Source of the DNA: an uncultured Chloroflexia bacterium
GTDB lineage: Bacteria > Chloroflexota > Chloroflexia > QHBQ01 > JADMIH01
NCBI GenBank assembly: GCA_963797095.1
Contig: CAWCNY010000002.1
Span: forward strand, 384,001 to 448,000
Reading direction: 5' to 3'
DNA length: 64,000 nucleotides
In this document: piece by piece, positions 51,162-61,751 of the stretch
Position numbering within the stretch: the stretch's first letter is position 1
Layout: each line of letters opens with the position of its first letter
The notes under the pieces: generated by a model
What the model was told of the DNA's origin: nothing
Databases searched by the model: none
What the model saw: only the letters and a program-made list of their open reading frames with translations
Program-made: the position numbers and the translations under genes

Positions 51162-52343
51162 TCACCTTCTGCGCACAAACCGGAACCCCCCTCCCTTCTC
51201 CACCTGCATAACGTGGCCGCGCCACACTATGCGCTTCGGAGATAGGAGCGCCGCCAGTAACTGCACCGGGAAAAACACCTCGATCAACGGGACCATCCAC
51301 GCCTTGCCCATAGGCGCGGCACCGCGCAAGTACTTCCTGTTGATCCATGCGAACAATGCGAAACTGTACGCGAAATACACGAACGCGTAAACAGACTTGC
51401 CGAGGGATGGCTTGCGGGCAGCCCACAGCACCAACAACAGCGGGTAGAGCGCGGGCAGCAAGCCCGTCCCGTACAGCACCGCTTGCTCGCCCAGCCCAAG
51501 GTGCCGCATCAGCGACTCGCGAGGGAAGATAAACCATCTCTGTATCAGGCTCAAATAATGGCGCGGGCCTGTCACCTGCGTGCTGATGCCGTGCAGCAAC
51601 GGGGTCTGGGCAAGCTTCAATCCGTGCTGCTTGAAGAGTTGCGCCACCGCGAAATCGTCGGCCAGCGTGCCTTCAAGTTTCGCAAAGTCCCCTAAGGCAT
51701 CAAGGGTATCGCGCCTCACGCAATAGAACATGCCGTTGATAGTAAACGGCTCGGTAAGCGCCGTGTAGGGGATGTAAGTTAGCAGGCTGTGGCTATCTAC
51801 GAAATAGGATATGAGAGACGACCACAGGTTAGAGAAGTTGGTGTAATAGGGCAGCCCGAACGCCAGCCCCACACCCGGCTCGTCAAGGTATGGTAAGCAC
51901 TCGTCCAACCCACCGTCAGGGAGCACCGTATCATCGTCCAGCACGCAGATCACGTCTCCTTGTGCCAATCCCAATCCCTCTATCAGCTTGACCATCTTGG
52001 GGTTCTCGCGCTCTCCCGGTGGCGGCATCGAGCGCATGCTCACCCTTCTGTGAGGGTACTTCTCCATCAAGTCCAGGCAGATGCGGTGCGCTGCCCTGTC
52101 GTTCCTGTCTATTAGCCAAATGAATTCGACTTGTTGGCCGGTCTTCATCGCCAGGTTGCCCTCAAGGCACGCGGGCATGGTGGGGTCGCCGCTCAAGATT
52201 GGCTGTAATATGCTTACCAGCCGCGCGGGTCTTTTCGCCTTTGGCCTCTGCCTCTCGAAGAACCGTGTTACCGTCCGGTGTCGCCATACCTTCTCGCCCA
52301 GCATCACGGCAGCAATCAAAGCCCCCGGCCTCAACCATCTCAT
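51162..52343 (-). CDS. Glycosyltransferase family 21 (ceramide glucosyltransferase/HpnI-like)
   Basis: QPILSGDP, NPK, LDDD, LADDF, IQRW, WRG; ATGA overlap with the upstream paralog. Confidence 0.8.
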   Translation of the reverse strand: MRWLRPGALIAAVMLGEKVWRHRTVTRFFERQRPKAKRPARLVSILQPILSGDPTMPACLEGNLAMKTGQQVEFIWLIDRNDRAAHRICLDLMEKYPHRRVSMRSMPPPGERENPKMVKLIEGLGLAQGDVICVLDDDTVLPDGGLDECLPYLDEPGVGLAFGLPYYTNFSNLWSSLISYFVDSHSLLTYIPYTALTEPFTINGMFYCVRRDTLDALGDFAKLEGTLADDFAVAQLFKQHGLKLAQTPLLHGISTQVTGPRHYLSLIQRWFIFPRESLMRHLGLGEQAVLYGTGLLPALYPLLLVLWAARKPSLGKSVYAFVYFAYSFALFAWINRKYLRGAAPMGKAWMVPLIEVFFPVQLLAALLSPKRIVWRGHVMQVEKGGGFRFVRRR

Positions 52344-53512
52344 AGGGTTTCCTCGAAGTCGCCTCCGCGCAGGATGCGCAGTTTCCGCCCACGCCACTCC
52401 ACCTTATCGTCCGACAGGAGCGCCCACACGATCTGTAATGGAGACACGATAGCTTCTAGAGCCACTATGCCTCGCCACCACACGGGCGTGACCCGCTTCA
52501 AGTAGAGCACTTCACACGCAGAATAGACAATATTGAAAGCCGCCACACTGCGCGCCAGCGCCGTTACAGTGCCGCGCCTCCTCGCCAGAAGTGCGAGCAC
52601 GCCAAGCACGCCGGGGATGATATTTCCTACGCCTAGCGCCAGGGTTGCCAACTGCTCACCCGGCGACATGATAGGGATAAGCGCCTGCCTGGGAAAGACG
52701 AACCACCTCTTCATTTGTGCAGAGCGCTCTCCAAGCGTGGCGAGATGGTTCTTCACATCGTAGATCATCGGTGTTTGCACTACCAGCAACCCTATCTTTC
52801 GCAACTTCGCGGCCAACAGGTGATCATCGGCTATGTTCTTTTCGAGGCCCGCAAACCCGTCTACCGCCTGAAGCACGTCCCTTCTCACCGCGAAAATATG
52901 CCCTGTGATCGTGAAAGGCTCGGCCAGATAAGTGCCCGGCACGTAGGTGAGCAGCGCGTTGGCGTTTACAAACCCGCTCATAAGGCTGGACGGCAGATTG
53001 CTCCAATCGGTGTAGCAAGCCAGCCCGAAGGTCGCGCCAACTCCTCTTTCGCATAGGTAAGGTATCATCGTTCGCAACGAATCGGACCGCAAAATAATGT
53101 CGTCGTCCACGCAACACACGACCTTGCCCGTTGCGTGAGCTAATCCGGCCTGCAACTTCTCCGTTTTGGCAGCAACCCTGCCCTCCCATGCCACCTCAAC
53201 AATAGTTGTATCGAGGCTGGAATGTCGCGCTACCCAACTCTCGCACGCCCTGAGCAATTCGTCATCTCCCGCATCGCAGACCAACAGGTGCTGTAGGTGT
53301 GCGGAATAGTCCAGTTTGGCCCGCGCCTCCAATGCTGCAAATAGATCGGTTGCTCCCCGCGTGACGGGCTGCAATAGGGTGACCGTGGGCCATTCTTCAG
53401 GAGCGCGCGGCTTCTCTCTCCCAAAGAAATGGATGACTGCTGCCATCCTGGCTCCTCGCTCCAGCACGTAGGCCCATGATAGCGCGTTCGCTACTCGATC
53501 AAGGCTCGGCAT
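52340..53512 (-). CDS. Glycosyltransferase family 21 paralog
   Basis: LQPVTRG, AAK, VDDD, IADDH, QMKRW, WRG. Confidence 0.8.
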   Translation of the reverse strand: MPSLDRVANALSWAYVLERGARMAAVIHFFGREKPRAPEEWPTVTLLQPVTRGATDLFAALEARAKLDYSAHLQHLLVCDAGDDELLRACESWVARHSSLDTTIVEVAWEGRVAAKTEKLQAGLAHATGKVVCCVDDDIILRSDSLRTMIPYLCERGVGATFGLACYTDWSNLPSSLMSGFVNANALLTYVPGTYLAEPFTITGHIFAVRRDVLQAVDGFAGLEKNIADDHLLAAKLRKIGLLVVQTPMIYDVKNHLATLGERSAQMKRWFVFPRQALIPIMSPGEQLATLALGVGNIIPGVLGVLALLARRRGTVTALARSVAAFNIVYSACEVLYLKRVTPVWWRGIVALEAIVSPLQIVWALLSDDKVEWRGRKLRILRGGDFEETL

Positions 53513-54377
53513 GCATCTCCAGGAAGCGCACCATTACCGCGATATATTCTCCGCGCCTGGTGACGGAGGCTGCGTGACCCCCCTCTTTGAAGGTTACGAC
53601 TGTTGCTTGCGGATAAAGCCTGCGCAACGCGGCCCGCTCCTGCGCCGGGAATACCAAATCGCTCTCGGCTTCCAGGATAAGCACTCTGCCCGGCCATTCA
53701 TCCAGGTCATGCGGCGTAAAACGGCTGCGCCTGTCGAATTCTACCCACACCTTTCCACGCCCGATGCACTCTTCCTTGCTGATCGTCGAGATCATCTCGC
53801 GGAAATACGCACTCCAAAACGCCCGGTCCACGGCGATCTCACGTACAAAAAGATAGGCCCCCACCCTCCACATTGCTCGTATCGCAGAGAGAGGCAGCAC
53901 TTCAAGTACATGCAAGTAGCGCGCATACTGACCGGCTCTCCCAGGTCTCGGTGCGCCTGTATTTGATAGCACAAGGTTGCTGACCATATCAGGAAAACGG
54001 CGCACAAAGCTTTGTGCGATCAACCCGCCATAAGACCCGCCAATCAGGCATGCCTTTCCGACCCCCTCGGCCTTCATCAGGCCCGCCAGGCCAAGCAACG
54101 TCTCCCCTAGAGTGGACGATTGCCCAGGATAAGTGGGCGCGATGATCCTGTAATTGTCTTCAAGCCCCAAAATATATCGGAAAGTTGATTCCGCCCGCCC
54201 TGGCGCTCCCGGCAGCAACAGCAATGTCTGCGCACCCCGCCCGCACGCCACGTACTCCCAATCGACCCCGCGTATTCGTACGGTGCGGGCCGGATAGCGG
54301 TCCCTGAACCTGTATAAATCTTCCAGGGGCCTCTTCCTGGTAGAAAGAGCCACCTGACCGCCAATATCGTGTATCAC
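53499..54377 (-). CDS. Alpha/beta hydrolase
   Basis: LLLPG, GGSYGG nucleophile elbow, ESD, GGH. Confidence 0.85.
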   Translation of the reverse strand: MIHDIGGQVALSTRKRPLEDLYRFRDRYPARTVRIRGVDWEYVACGRGAQTLLLLPGAPGRAESTFRYILGLEDNYRIIAPTYPGQSSTLGETLLGLAGLMKAEGVGKACLIGGSYGGLIAQSFVRRFPDMVSNLVLSNTGAPRPGRAGQYARYLHVLEVLPLSAIRAMWRVGAYLFVREIAVDRAFWSAYFREMISTISKEECIGRGKVWVEFDRRSRFTPHDLDEWPGRVLILEAESDLVFPAQERAALRRLYPQATVVTFKEGGHAASVTRRGEYIAVMVRFLEMHAEP

Positions 54378-54386
54378 GTATCACGC

Positions 54387-55508
54387 TCAAGCGTCGCGCT
54401 TCGCGTTTCGCGCAAATCTCTGCCTTAGCGGTACGGCGGGCCGCGCACCCGCCGGGGCGGGATTGGTCTCCGTGAGGTCTACTTGCTCCAGGCGATATAC
54501 GGCCACCCCGGCGCAGATAAGCACCACCGCGCCCGTGATGTAGCCCACCAGCAGGTCGGCCTGCATCACCACCAGGGCGGCCACCCCCAGCGCTGCCTGC
54601 ACCAGATAGAGCACCAGCACTGCTTCGCGCTTTGTCAGGCCCATCGCCACCAGCCTGTGCGAGAAGTGATCCTTCCCTCCCCTGCTGATAGGGATGCCCC
54701 GCCTGATGCGCGATAGCGTCACCAGAGTGGTATCGAACAGCGGCACCCCAAGCACCAGCAACGGCACCATCCAGGTCACGCGATCGCCTGCTATGCTGTC
54801 GGGGAAGCGCAGCTTGATACCGACCGCCGCCAGTATGAACCCCAGCAGCAGCGACCCGGTATCGCCCATGAAGATCTCGCCGGGCTTGAAGTTGTAATAT
54901 AAGAACCCTATGCACCCGCCCAGCAACACCGCCGACAGCGGTGCAACGAGGTACTGGTTGGTCAGGGTAGCGATCAGGAAGAAGAACACCGAGGCAACCG
55001 CCGCCACACCACCCGCCAGCCCGTCCATGTTGTCCATGAGGTTGAGCGCGTTGGTGATCGTAACCACCCATAGAACGGTGGTTATATAGTTCAGCGCCCC
55101 ACTGTGCAGGAATTGAATCTGAACCCCGGTGAAATAGAGCAGCGACGCTGCCCCCACCTGCCCTGCCAGCTTGGCGACTGGCCTCAGCCCCCACTTATCG
55201 TCCCATACCCCTAGCATCGACATGACGGTGCCACCGATCAGGATGGAGGCCGCTTGCTGTACATAATCGAGGTGCCCTGAAACCAGCAGGGCCAGGATCA
55301 CAGCCAGGTAGATCGCCGCTCCGCCTAGCAGGGGCACGGGGTTAGCGTGTATCTTGCGAGCCGATGGGGCATCAAGCACGTCGAAGCGCCGCGCCAGCCT
55401 CTGCACTACAGGCACCGCCACCGCCGAGAAGACTATGGCCGCCAGGAAGATCAGCAGCAAGGGGCCGAGAGAAGCGTTAGGTTCAATAGGCAGGGTTTGT
55501 AGGGTCAT
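54387..55508 (-). CDS. WecA/TagO-like polyprenyl-phosphate GlcNAc-1-phosphate transferase (MraY family)
   Basis: RKIH..P.PLLGG, GVWDD, NALNLMDNMDGL, IFMGDTGS, GKDHFSH. Confidence 0.9.
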   Translation of the reverse strand: MTLQTLPIEPNASLGPLLLIFLAAIVFSAVAVPVVQRLARRFDVLDAPSARKIHANPVPLLGGAAIYLAVILALLVSGHLDYVQQAASILIGGTVMSMLGVWDDKWGLRPVAKLAGQVGAASLLYFTGVQIQFLHSGALNYITTVLWVVTITNALNLMDNMDGLAGGVAAVASVFFFLIATLTNQYLVAPLSAVLLGGCIGFLYYNFKPGEIFMGDTGSLLLGFILAAVGIKLRFPDSIAGDRVTWMVPLLVLGVPLFDTTLVTLSRIRRGIPISRGGKDHFSHRLVAMGLTKREAVLVLYLVQAALGVAALVVMQADLLVGYITGAVVLICAGVAVYRLEQVDLTETNPAPAGARPAVPLRQRFARNAKRDA

Positions 55509-55548
55509 TTGCGTGAGGCAGGAGGTCTTTATTGGACCTCCGAGGCGG

Positions 55549-58500
55549 TTACGGGCTGCTTGGTTGAAGCGCTTGTAGCGCACTCAAGGCATTGCTATTC
55601 GTCGGTTGAAGTGTCAGGGCGCGGTTATAGGCTGTGATGGCCGCGCTATCCTCGCCCAGCGTCGTATAGATAACCCCTAACCCGTAGTAGTCCACAGCGG
55701 CGCGGTCGGCTGGAATCTTCACATCGTCAGAGAGCCAATCGCCCGTGCCATCCCCGTTTACAGTAGCCCACTGGCTGTTTGTCCACAGATTTTGGAGGGT
55801 CGTGTCGTCCACCTGATCGCCGGTGACCGATACCCCGTGCCCTCTCACGGCATCCGCGAGGGCGGTTTCCTGCTTCGCTATGTCGTTCTTGAACCCCTGT
55901 GCAAGAGTGTCCGTCAGCACATTGGTCAACTGAGCCTCGGTCAGCGAGCTATTGGTGTTGGTGAAGGGCTTGGCCGCATCCACGAAGAACTGTACACGCG
56001 ATTGGTACTGGTCGTCCACCATCTGCGTCGGGTCTTTCTCAACGGTCTCGGAGTACGCCTTGCCTGCCTCCAGCACCAGTTTGCCGAAGTCGTTTTCTCC
56101 GTCTGTAGGCAATGTGCCTCCCGCGATCAGGAGATTCTGAACGTTAGCAGCGCGCTCCTGGTACAACTGGCCGAGGATGAGCGGCGTGCGGGCATAGAGC
56201 GGATCGAGCTGTCGCGAGTGGTCAAGGGCCGCAACGGCATCGTTGAACCGGTTATTGCGTGTGTAAGCCACCGATAGTTCGTCCCACAGTTGAGCGTTCT
56301 GGGGAGTATGTTCTGTCGCCTCCTCCATCCACTGCATAGCCAGCGGCGCGTATGAAGGGTCGTTGCCTCCCGACGGGTCGGCCCAGTACAGGTAGAGCCT
56401 GCCCAGGTTAGCATAGTGGTCCGTATTGAGCGGGCTGAGCGCGTTGGCTTTCTTCAGTATTACTTCGCTTTGGCGCAGGCGATAAAGCTTCTCGGCGGCT
56501 TTTTGCTGTTGTGCCGTCAGCGCATCGTCTGCCCAGGCCGTGCCTACGCGGCGGTTATATGGCTCCTGGTCCACGGCCTTGGCCGCTTCCAGGTAAGCTC
56601 GCCCCTCGAACAGGTAGTAATAGTCCTGGTTAGGCTGCAAACTCAACGCTTCGTCGTAATAGGTGATGCTGCCGGGATAGTCCGTCGGCGGATTGGTGCT
56701 GTGGTCGGTCTCCTCAAGGTATCTACCCGCGCTATCATACGCCTGCGCCTGCTTGAACAGTGTGTCGGCCTTCACCGTTGCCACGTTCACTGTGAAGATC
56801 ATTACCAGCGCGATAAGCGCCGCCACCCCGTACAGAACCAGCATGATAGGATTTCGTACCCACTGGCCCGAAGAGGAGCCGCCCCGGTTAGGGTTGTACG
56901 GCACGGAAGCGCGCGGCCTCCTCCCATCGGAGGGGCGCGTAGCGCCCGCCACGGAGGGGCCTTGCCCGCCGCGCCCCTCGGGCCTCTGAGTTCCACGTCC
57001 CTGGGCCGAGCCTACCGGTTGCGAGCCACCCTGCCTGCTGCGCCGCGCGCCCTGACCTGTTGTCTGCCCCGCGCCTTGCGATCTGCCGTTGCCGGTGGCC
57101 TGCATTGTGGCCTGGGTGCGCCCCCCTCCTCTTGCGCCTGCAACTGCCGCCACGGGGCGTGCCTCTGCCGCGATCTCCTCGGCCACCACGGCACCGTCCC
57201 CGTTCGCAGCGCCGTTAGTTGCGGGCTGCGCGGCTACGATCTCAGCGCTTTCTTCAACCGGGCGCAGGTAATTGTTCATGTAGTAGCCGAAGGCTACCAT
57301 CATGCCTATGATCAGGTAGAAATAGGTCCACGTAGAGGCTATCTGGATGCCTGTTTGTATCTCGATGAAGTGCGAGGCTATAGCGGCAAGCAGCGTGACC
57401 CCGAATAACTGGTCTGTCGTATTCTTCGCTCGCTTGATCAGACGGAGAGCGAAGAAGAAGAACGAACCCACCAGGAAATAATAGGCTAACAGGCCCATCG
57501 CGCCCATCGTCACAAGATGATCGAACTCCACGTTGTGCGAGCGGTCGGGGGTGGCGTTCCTCAATTCCACCTGCGACAATTCAGCCGGGTAGAACCTGTT
57601 GTATGCCACGTACATCGCTTCCGGCCCCCAGCCGATGATAGCGCGAGGCGCATCGGATAATATCAATTGGGTTGCGCCCTGCCAGATCAGGCTACGTACC
57701 TTGCCCGTACCATCCTCTGTGCGTGTGAGGGTGCTCAGGCGCTCGATGCCCCTGCCAATAATGGGGAGGCCATCCAGTTTCGCTAACGGTGAATCGGGGA
57801 TGTTCAGCGCTCCCACGAAGAGTGCGAGCACCAGCACGCCAGCCGAGGCCACGCCGCCTATGCGACGCATCCAGAAGACGTTGCGGGTTCTGCCGATAAG
57901 CCACAGCGCCACCATGAAGGTGACTATGCCTGTGCCCAGCCCGAGCCAGGGACCACGGCTCTGAGTGAGGTAAATACAGAGCAACTGGATAGCCAGCAGC
58001 ACGCCATAAGCCACGTTGAGAGACGAGCGCACGATACCCCTGTGCTGGTCGGCGTAGCCTTCCTCACGCTCACGAGCCGCCAGCGCGTAGAGGCCCGCCG
58101 ACAGTGATGCCCACAGCAGGAAGAAGAAGACCGCCCACAAGAGTCCCGCACCGTCAAAGTCCAGTTGGAAAGCCATTGATTGGTCGGCCAGTTTCCATTT
58201 TATGGGGAGGGCCAGGAATGACGTAAGGAATACCGCCGCCCCCACGATTGGCATTACCAGGCTGACCTGAGAGGGATCGTCCCGCTTGGTTCCAAGCCAC
58301 TCCAACATCCAGACTACCAGCCCGAAAACGATCAAGCCTAGCGGCATCAGCCACCAGGTGCGCCCATCCGGGTAGGGCAACCCGGCCATCATATTCAGGA
58401 TCATGTAGAAGAACATGAGGCTTGCCAGGATCGCCCCCGCGCCGTTGGCGATCACCGCCCACCCATAGCTGGGCAGTTCGGCGTAGCGCGTGCGCTTGCT

Positions 58501-59295
58501 GCTCCTGGCGCGTGCCCCATCAAGCTCGACTTCTTCTTGCGCCATCGCGGCCCTGTGTGATGTTAGAGCGCCGCTTATGCCCGTGATCAACCGGTAGATG
58601 GTGAAAGGCACCACCATAATCAGCCACGCCGCCACGAAGATCGCATTGCCCATCGAGGACGCCACGCGGGTAGACGTATCGCCTGCCCAGGGGAGCGGAT
58701 CGAGGTGCATTGCCTGGATAACCCCGTAGAGGGCTACCGGCAGCGAGGTGAGCACCATAAAGTTGGCCAGCCGGTTCAGTTGTGCGAGCGTTCGCAGGTT
58801 GGCTAGCACCAGTATCCCCAGCATCATGTAGCTGTACTGCGAATACGTCCCCTGTAAACGCTGGTAAGAACCCCACCATGTGGCATCAGGGGTGACGGTG
58901 AAGATCGAGCTTATGAAATAAGCCAGCGCGTACAGCACGATGGCGAGCACCATCGGTATGCGCAGGAAACCGAGCCATGAGGGCAACCACGATGGGCTGG
59001 CAGTCTCTACAACGCTTGCGACGGCCCCACCGGCCTTGCTTCCGCGCCCGGCCTGGGGTGCCGAGGTAGTCGCTTGAGAAGATTCGCGCCAGCCGCGCCA
59101 GCCTGCCTCACCCAATTTGATGATCCACGCCACCACCATAAGCAGCACGAACGTCCGCACAGTAGAGATCTTGTCCGGCTCGAATACCCGGCTAGAATAG
59201 ACATTGAAGTACAATGGCGCGAAAATGGCCGCTGCCAGCCAGCCGATCTCTATTGCCTTGTCCGCGTATTGACCTAACCTTGTCGACAAATCCAT
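55549..59295 (-). CDS. O-antigen ligase / O-oligosaccharyltransferase-like membrane protein with TPR C-terminus
   Basis: SSMGNAIF, TQSRGPWLG, R.LIW, GWGPE, DRSHN, many TMs, TPR-like helices. Start MDLS after AGGAG. Confidence 0.82.
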   Translation of the reverse strand: MDLSTRLGQYADKAIEIGWLAAAIFAPLYFNVYSSRVFEPDKISTVRTFVLLMVVAWIIKLGEAGWRGWRESSQATTSAPQAGRGSKAGGAVASVVETASPSWLPSWLGFLRIPMVLAIVLYALAYFISSIFTVTPDATWWGSYQRLQGTYSQYSYMMLGILVLANLRTLAQLNRLANFMVLTSLPVALYGVIQAMHLDPLPWAGDTSTRVASSMGNAIFVAAWLIMVVPFTIYRLITGISGALTSHRAAMAQEEVELDGARARSSKRTRYAELPSYGWAVIANGAGAILASLMFFYMILNMMAGLPYPDGRTWWLMPLGLIVFGLVVWMLEWLGTKRDDPSQVSLVMPIVGAAVFLTSFLALPIKWKLADQSMAFQLDFDGAGLLWAVFFFLLWASLSAGLYALAAREREEGYADQHRGIVRSSLNVAYGVLLAIQLLCIYLTQSRGPWLGLGTGIVTFMVALWLIGRTRNVFWMRRIGGVASAGVLVLALFVGALNIPDSPLAKLDGLPIIGRGIERLSTLTRTEDGTGKVRSLIWQGATQLILSDAPRAIIGWGPEAMYVAYNRFYPAELSQVELRNATPDRSHNVEFDHLVTMGAMGLLAYYFLVGSFFFFALRLIKRAKNTTDQLFGVTLLAAIASHFIEIQTGIQIASTWTYFYLIIGMMVAFGYYMNNYLRPVEESAEIVAAQPATNGAANGDGAVVAEEIAAEARPVAAVAGARGGGRTQATMQATGNGRSQGAGQTTGQGARRSRQGGSQPVGSAQGRGTQRPEGRGGQGPSVAGATRPSDGRRPRASVPYNPNRGGSSSGQWVRNPIMLVLYGVAALIALVMIFTVNVATVKADTLFKQAQAYDSAGRYLEETDHSTNPPTDYPGSITYYDEALSLQPNQDYYYLFEGRAYLEAAKAVDQEPYNRRVGTAWADDALTAQQQKAAEKLYRLRQSEVILKKANALSPLNTDHYANLGRLYLYWADPSGGNDPSYAPLAMQWMEEATEHTPQNAQLWDELSVAYTRNNRFNDAVAALDHSRQLDPLYARTPLILGQLYQERAANVQNLLIAGGTLPTDGENDFGKLVLEAGKAYSETVEKDPTQMVDDQYQSRVQFFVDAAKPFTNTNSSLTEAQLTNVLTDTLAQGFKNDIAKQETALADAVRGHGVSVTGDQVDDTTLQNLWTNSQWATVNGDGTGDWLSDDVKIPADRAAVDYYGLGVIYTTLGEDSAAITAYNRALTLQPTNSNALSALQALQPSSP

Positions 59296-59433
59296 CTCCT
59301 TTGTTCTACCTGACAGCGCAAGCTGCCTGTTAATACCCTGAATAGCACCAAGTATTGGAGGCGGGGATGGTATCGAACCGATCCCCACGGATCATGTGCC
59401 TATAGACTATACCACATGATGAACATCGGGCCA

Positions 59434-61248
59434 CTATGCGATCAAAGACCTGGCTCCATTTTTCAGCCGCATAGTCTCGCGAAGCATTTCACGCGCGTTC
59501 TCCAACGACGCGGGGGATACGGGCACTCCGCCTATCATCGCCGCGATCTCTTGCTCCTGCTCCTCGGTGTCCAACCTGTCGACCCGTGTGCGGGTGCGGT
59601 CGTCCACCACCTGTTTGGTGATCTTGAAATGGTCATCGGCGAAGGCCGCGATCTGCGGTAGGTGCGTGATGCACACTACCTGGTGGCTGGAAGTGAGCGC
59701 CCAAAGTTTCTCGCCCACCACGCCGCCGCTGCGCCCGCCCACACCCACATCCACTTCGTCGAATACAAGTGTGGGCGTGAGGTCGGCCTCGCTCAATATA
59801 GATTTCAGCGCCAGCATGATACGCGAAGTCTCCCCCCCGGACGCGATCTTAGCCATCGGCTTCAATGGCTCGCCGGGATTGGGCGAAATCAGGAACTCCA
59901 CTCTATCTACGCCTTTGTCCGAATATGCCCACCGCCCATCCATTCCGGGCTGTGGCACTCCGTCTTGCGCCCGCGCCTGCGTAATCTCCACCTCGAAACG
60001 CGCCGAGCCCATCAGCAGGTCCTTCATAGCTGCTTCAACCGCACGGGCCAGCTTTTCCCCGGCCTCTTGCCTGCGTTGCGACATTCTTGCTCCCAGCGCG
60101 CCAATCTCCTCGGCTAACCGCTCGCTTTGCTCCTGGAGCCTCGCGATCCTCTCCTCGCTGTGGGTGATAGTGTCCAATTCCTCGGCGGCCTGCCCCCCAA
60201 ACGCAATGACCTCTTCGATGCTCGGGCCGTATTTGCGCTTAAGCTCATGTATGAGGGATAACCGCTCTTCGATCTCAAGGAGGCGCTCAGGGTCGTGCTC
60301 CACGGTCTCGCGATACTGCCGCAGGGTGCGCCCCATCTCTTCCACGCTGTCGTAGATCGCCGCCAGCGCTACTTCGTGCTCTCCCATCGAGGGATCAAGC
60401 CGCGCCAATTCGGCAAGCATCCCTGACGCCTCGGCTACCGAGTCGCGCACTGATGTTCCGACGCTCCCCCTTGCGGCGCGCCTTTCATAGCCGCCATCCT
60501 CGTCTTTACCCTCGATCAGCAGGGCGTAAATCGAATCGCATAATGAAGAAAGGCGCTCTGCATTGGACAGGCGCGACCTCTCGTTCGCCAGCTCTATATC
60601 TTCGCCTCCTTGCAGGCCGGCTTTGTCAATCTCTTCCACCTGGAAGGTCAGCAAATCAGCACGCCTGGCAAGCTCGCGCTCATCGCGTTGGAGGTCGCGT
60701 AGCTCCTTCTGGGTGGCGCGCAATCTCGCTACCATTTCGGCCATCTCTTTGCGCTCGTTGCGCAGGCCCGAAAATTCATCCAGCAAATCGATGTGGGTGG
60801 TCGAGCGCAACAGCGACACATGTTCGCTCTGCCCGTGAATATCGACCAGCACCTCGCCTATTGCTTGGAGCACGGGCAAATTCACCATACGCCCGTTTAC
60901 GCGGGCCACCGTTCGCCCACTGCTGTTGATCTCGCGCGAGATTATTACCGATTCATCGGAGTTATCGTCTGTGTCGAGTAGCCCGGCATCGCTCAGCAGA
61001 GAGAGGAGAGCCTGTCGCGAAGGAGGCAGTAGCGCTGCCAGGTCGAACTGGCCCTCAACTCGCGCCGACGGAGCGCCGTGCCGCACAAACTCCGGCCCTA
61101 CCTTAGAGCCGAGCAGCGCGCCCAGCGCGTCAATGATGATCGACTTGCCAGCGCCCGTTTCCCCGGTCAGCGCGTTGAAACCGGGCCCCAGGCGCAAATA
61201 GAGCCTGTCTATGATGGCGAAGTTAGAAATGTTGAGTTCGGCCAGCAT
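59434..61248 (-). CDS. recN: DNA repair protein RecN
   Basis: LTGETGAGKSII, DIHGQ, coiled coil, IASGGETSR, FDEVDVGVGG, CITHLPQIAA. Confidence 0.97.
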   Translation of the reverse strand: MLAELNISNFAIIDRLYLRLGPGFNALTGETGAGKSIIIDALGALLGSKVGPEFVRHGAPSARVEGQFDLAALLPPSRQALLSLLSDAGLLDTDDNSDESVIISREINSSGRTVARVNGRMVNLPVLQAIGEVLVDIHGQSEHVSLLRSTTHIDLLDEFSGLRNERKEMAEMVARLRATQKELRDLQRDERELARRADLLTFQVEEIDKAGLQGGEDIELANERSRLSNAERLSSLCDSIYALLIEGKDEDGGYERRAARGSVGTSVRDSVAEASGMLAELARLDPSMGEHEVALAAIYDSVEEMGRTLRQYRETVEHDPERLLEIEERLSLIHELKRKYGPSIEEVIAFGGQAAEELDTITHSEERIARLQEQSERLAEEIGALGARMSQRRQEAGEKLARAVEAAMKDLLMGSARFEVEITQARAQDGVPQPGMDGRWAYSDKGVDRVEFLISPNPGEPLKPMAKIASGGETSRIMLALKSILSEADLTPTLVFDEVDVGVGGRSGGVVGEKLWALTSSHQVVCITHLPQIAAFADDHFKITKQVVDDRTRTRVDRLDTEEQEQEIAAMIGGVPVSPASLENAREMLRETMRLKNGARSLIA

Positions 61249-61304
61249 GCTTTCCTTATTATACTATAATGGGACGCATAATCTCTATTCCGAAAGGACA
61301 TGCT

Positions 61305-61709
61305 ATGGCTGAAGGAGTAGTCGTTGTTCGCCCGCCTGCGGAGTCGATGTCAAAGCAAAAGCTACCCTACTTTGTTGGTATTTCGGGAGCTACAGCAGGG
61401 GCAAAAGGCATCTCCATGAACTTGATAATCATCCCGGCGGGTGGTGCTGCGGAACCCCATCTCCATAAAGGCTACGAAACCGCCATTTACCTTCTAAAAG
61501 GGAGGGTAAATACGCGCTACGGTCTCAATCTGCGCGAGTCCGTAATCTGCGAAACTGGCGATTTCATCTTTATAGGGCCTGATGTGCCCCACCAGCCCGT
61601 CAACCTGAGCCAGACCGAGCCTGCTATGGCCCTCGTGGCCCGCAACGATCCCAACGAGCAAGAGAGCGTAGTGCCCTATGAATTGGAGGATGACGAAGGA
61701 CGAAGGTAG
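61305..61709 (+). CDS. Cupin domain protein
   Basis: HLHKGYETAIY, GDFIFIGPDVPHQP, ARNDPNEQESV. Confidence 0.85.
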   Translation: MAEGVVVVRPPAESMSKQKLPYFVGISGATAGAKGISMNLIIIPAGGAAEPHLHKGYETAIYLLKGRVNTRYGLNLRESVICETGDFIFIGPDVPHQPVNLSQTEPAMALVARNDPNEQESVVPYELEDDEGRR

Positions 61710-61751
61710 TTAGCCTTCGTCCTTCGCCTTTCGTATTCCCGCCGGATTGAC

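Noticed and set aside
59349-59390. tRNA/tmRNA-like 3' end on the minus strand (GGTTCGATACCATCCCCGCCTCCA)
   Set aside because: No matching 5' acceptor strand, D-arm or anticodon arm. It folds as a simple GGGGAT/ATCCCC hairpin after recN and has no integrase nearby.
61249-61304. LexA box upstream of recN (also checked upstream of radA)
   Set aside because: No GAAC-N4-GTTC seen by eye in either upstream region.
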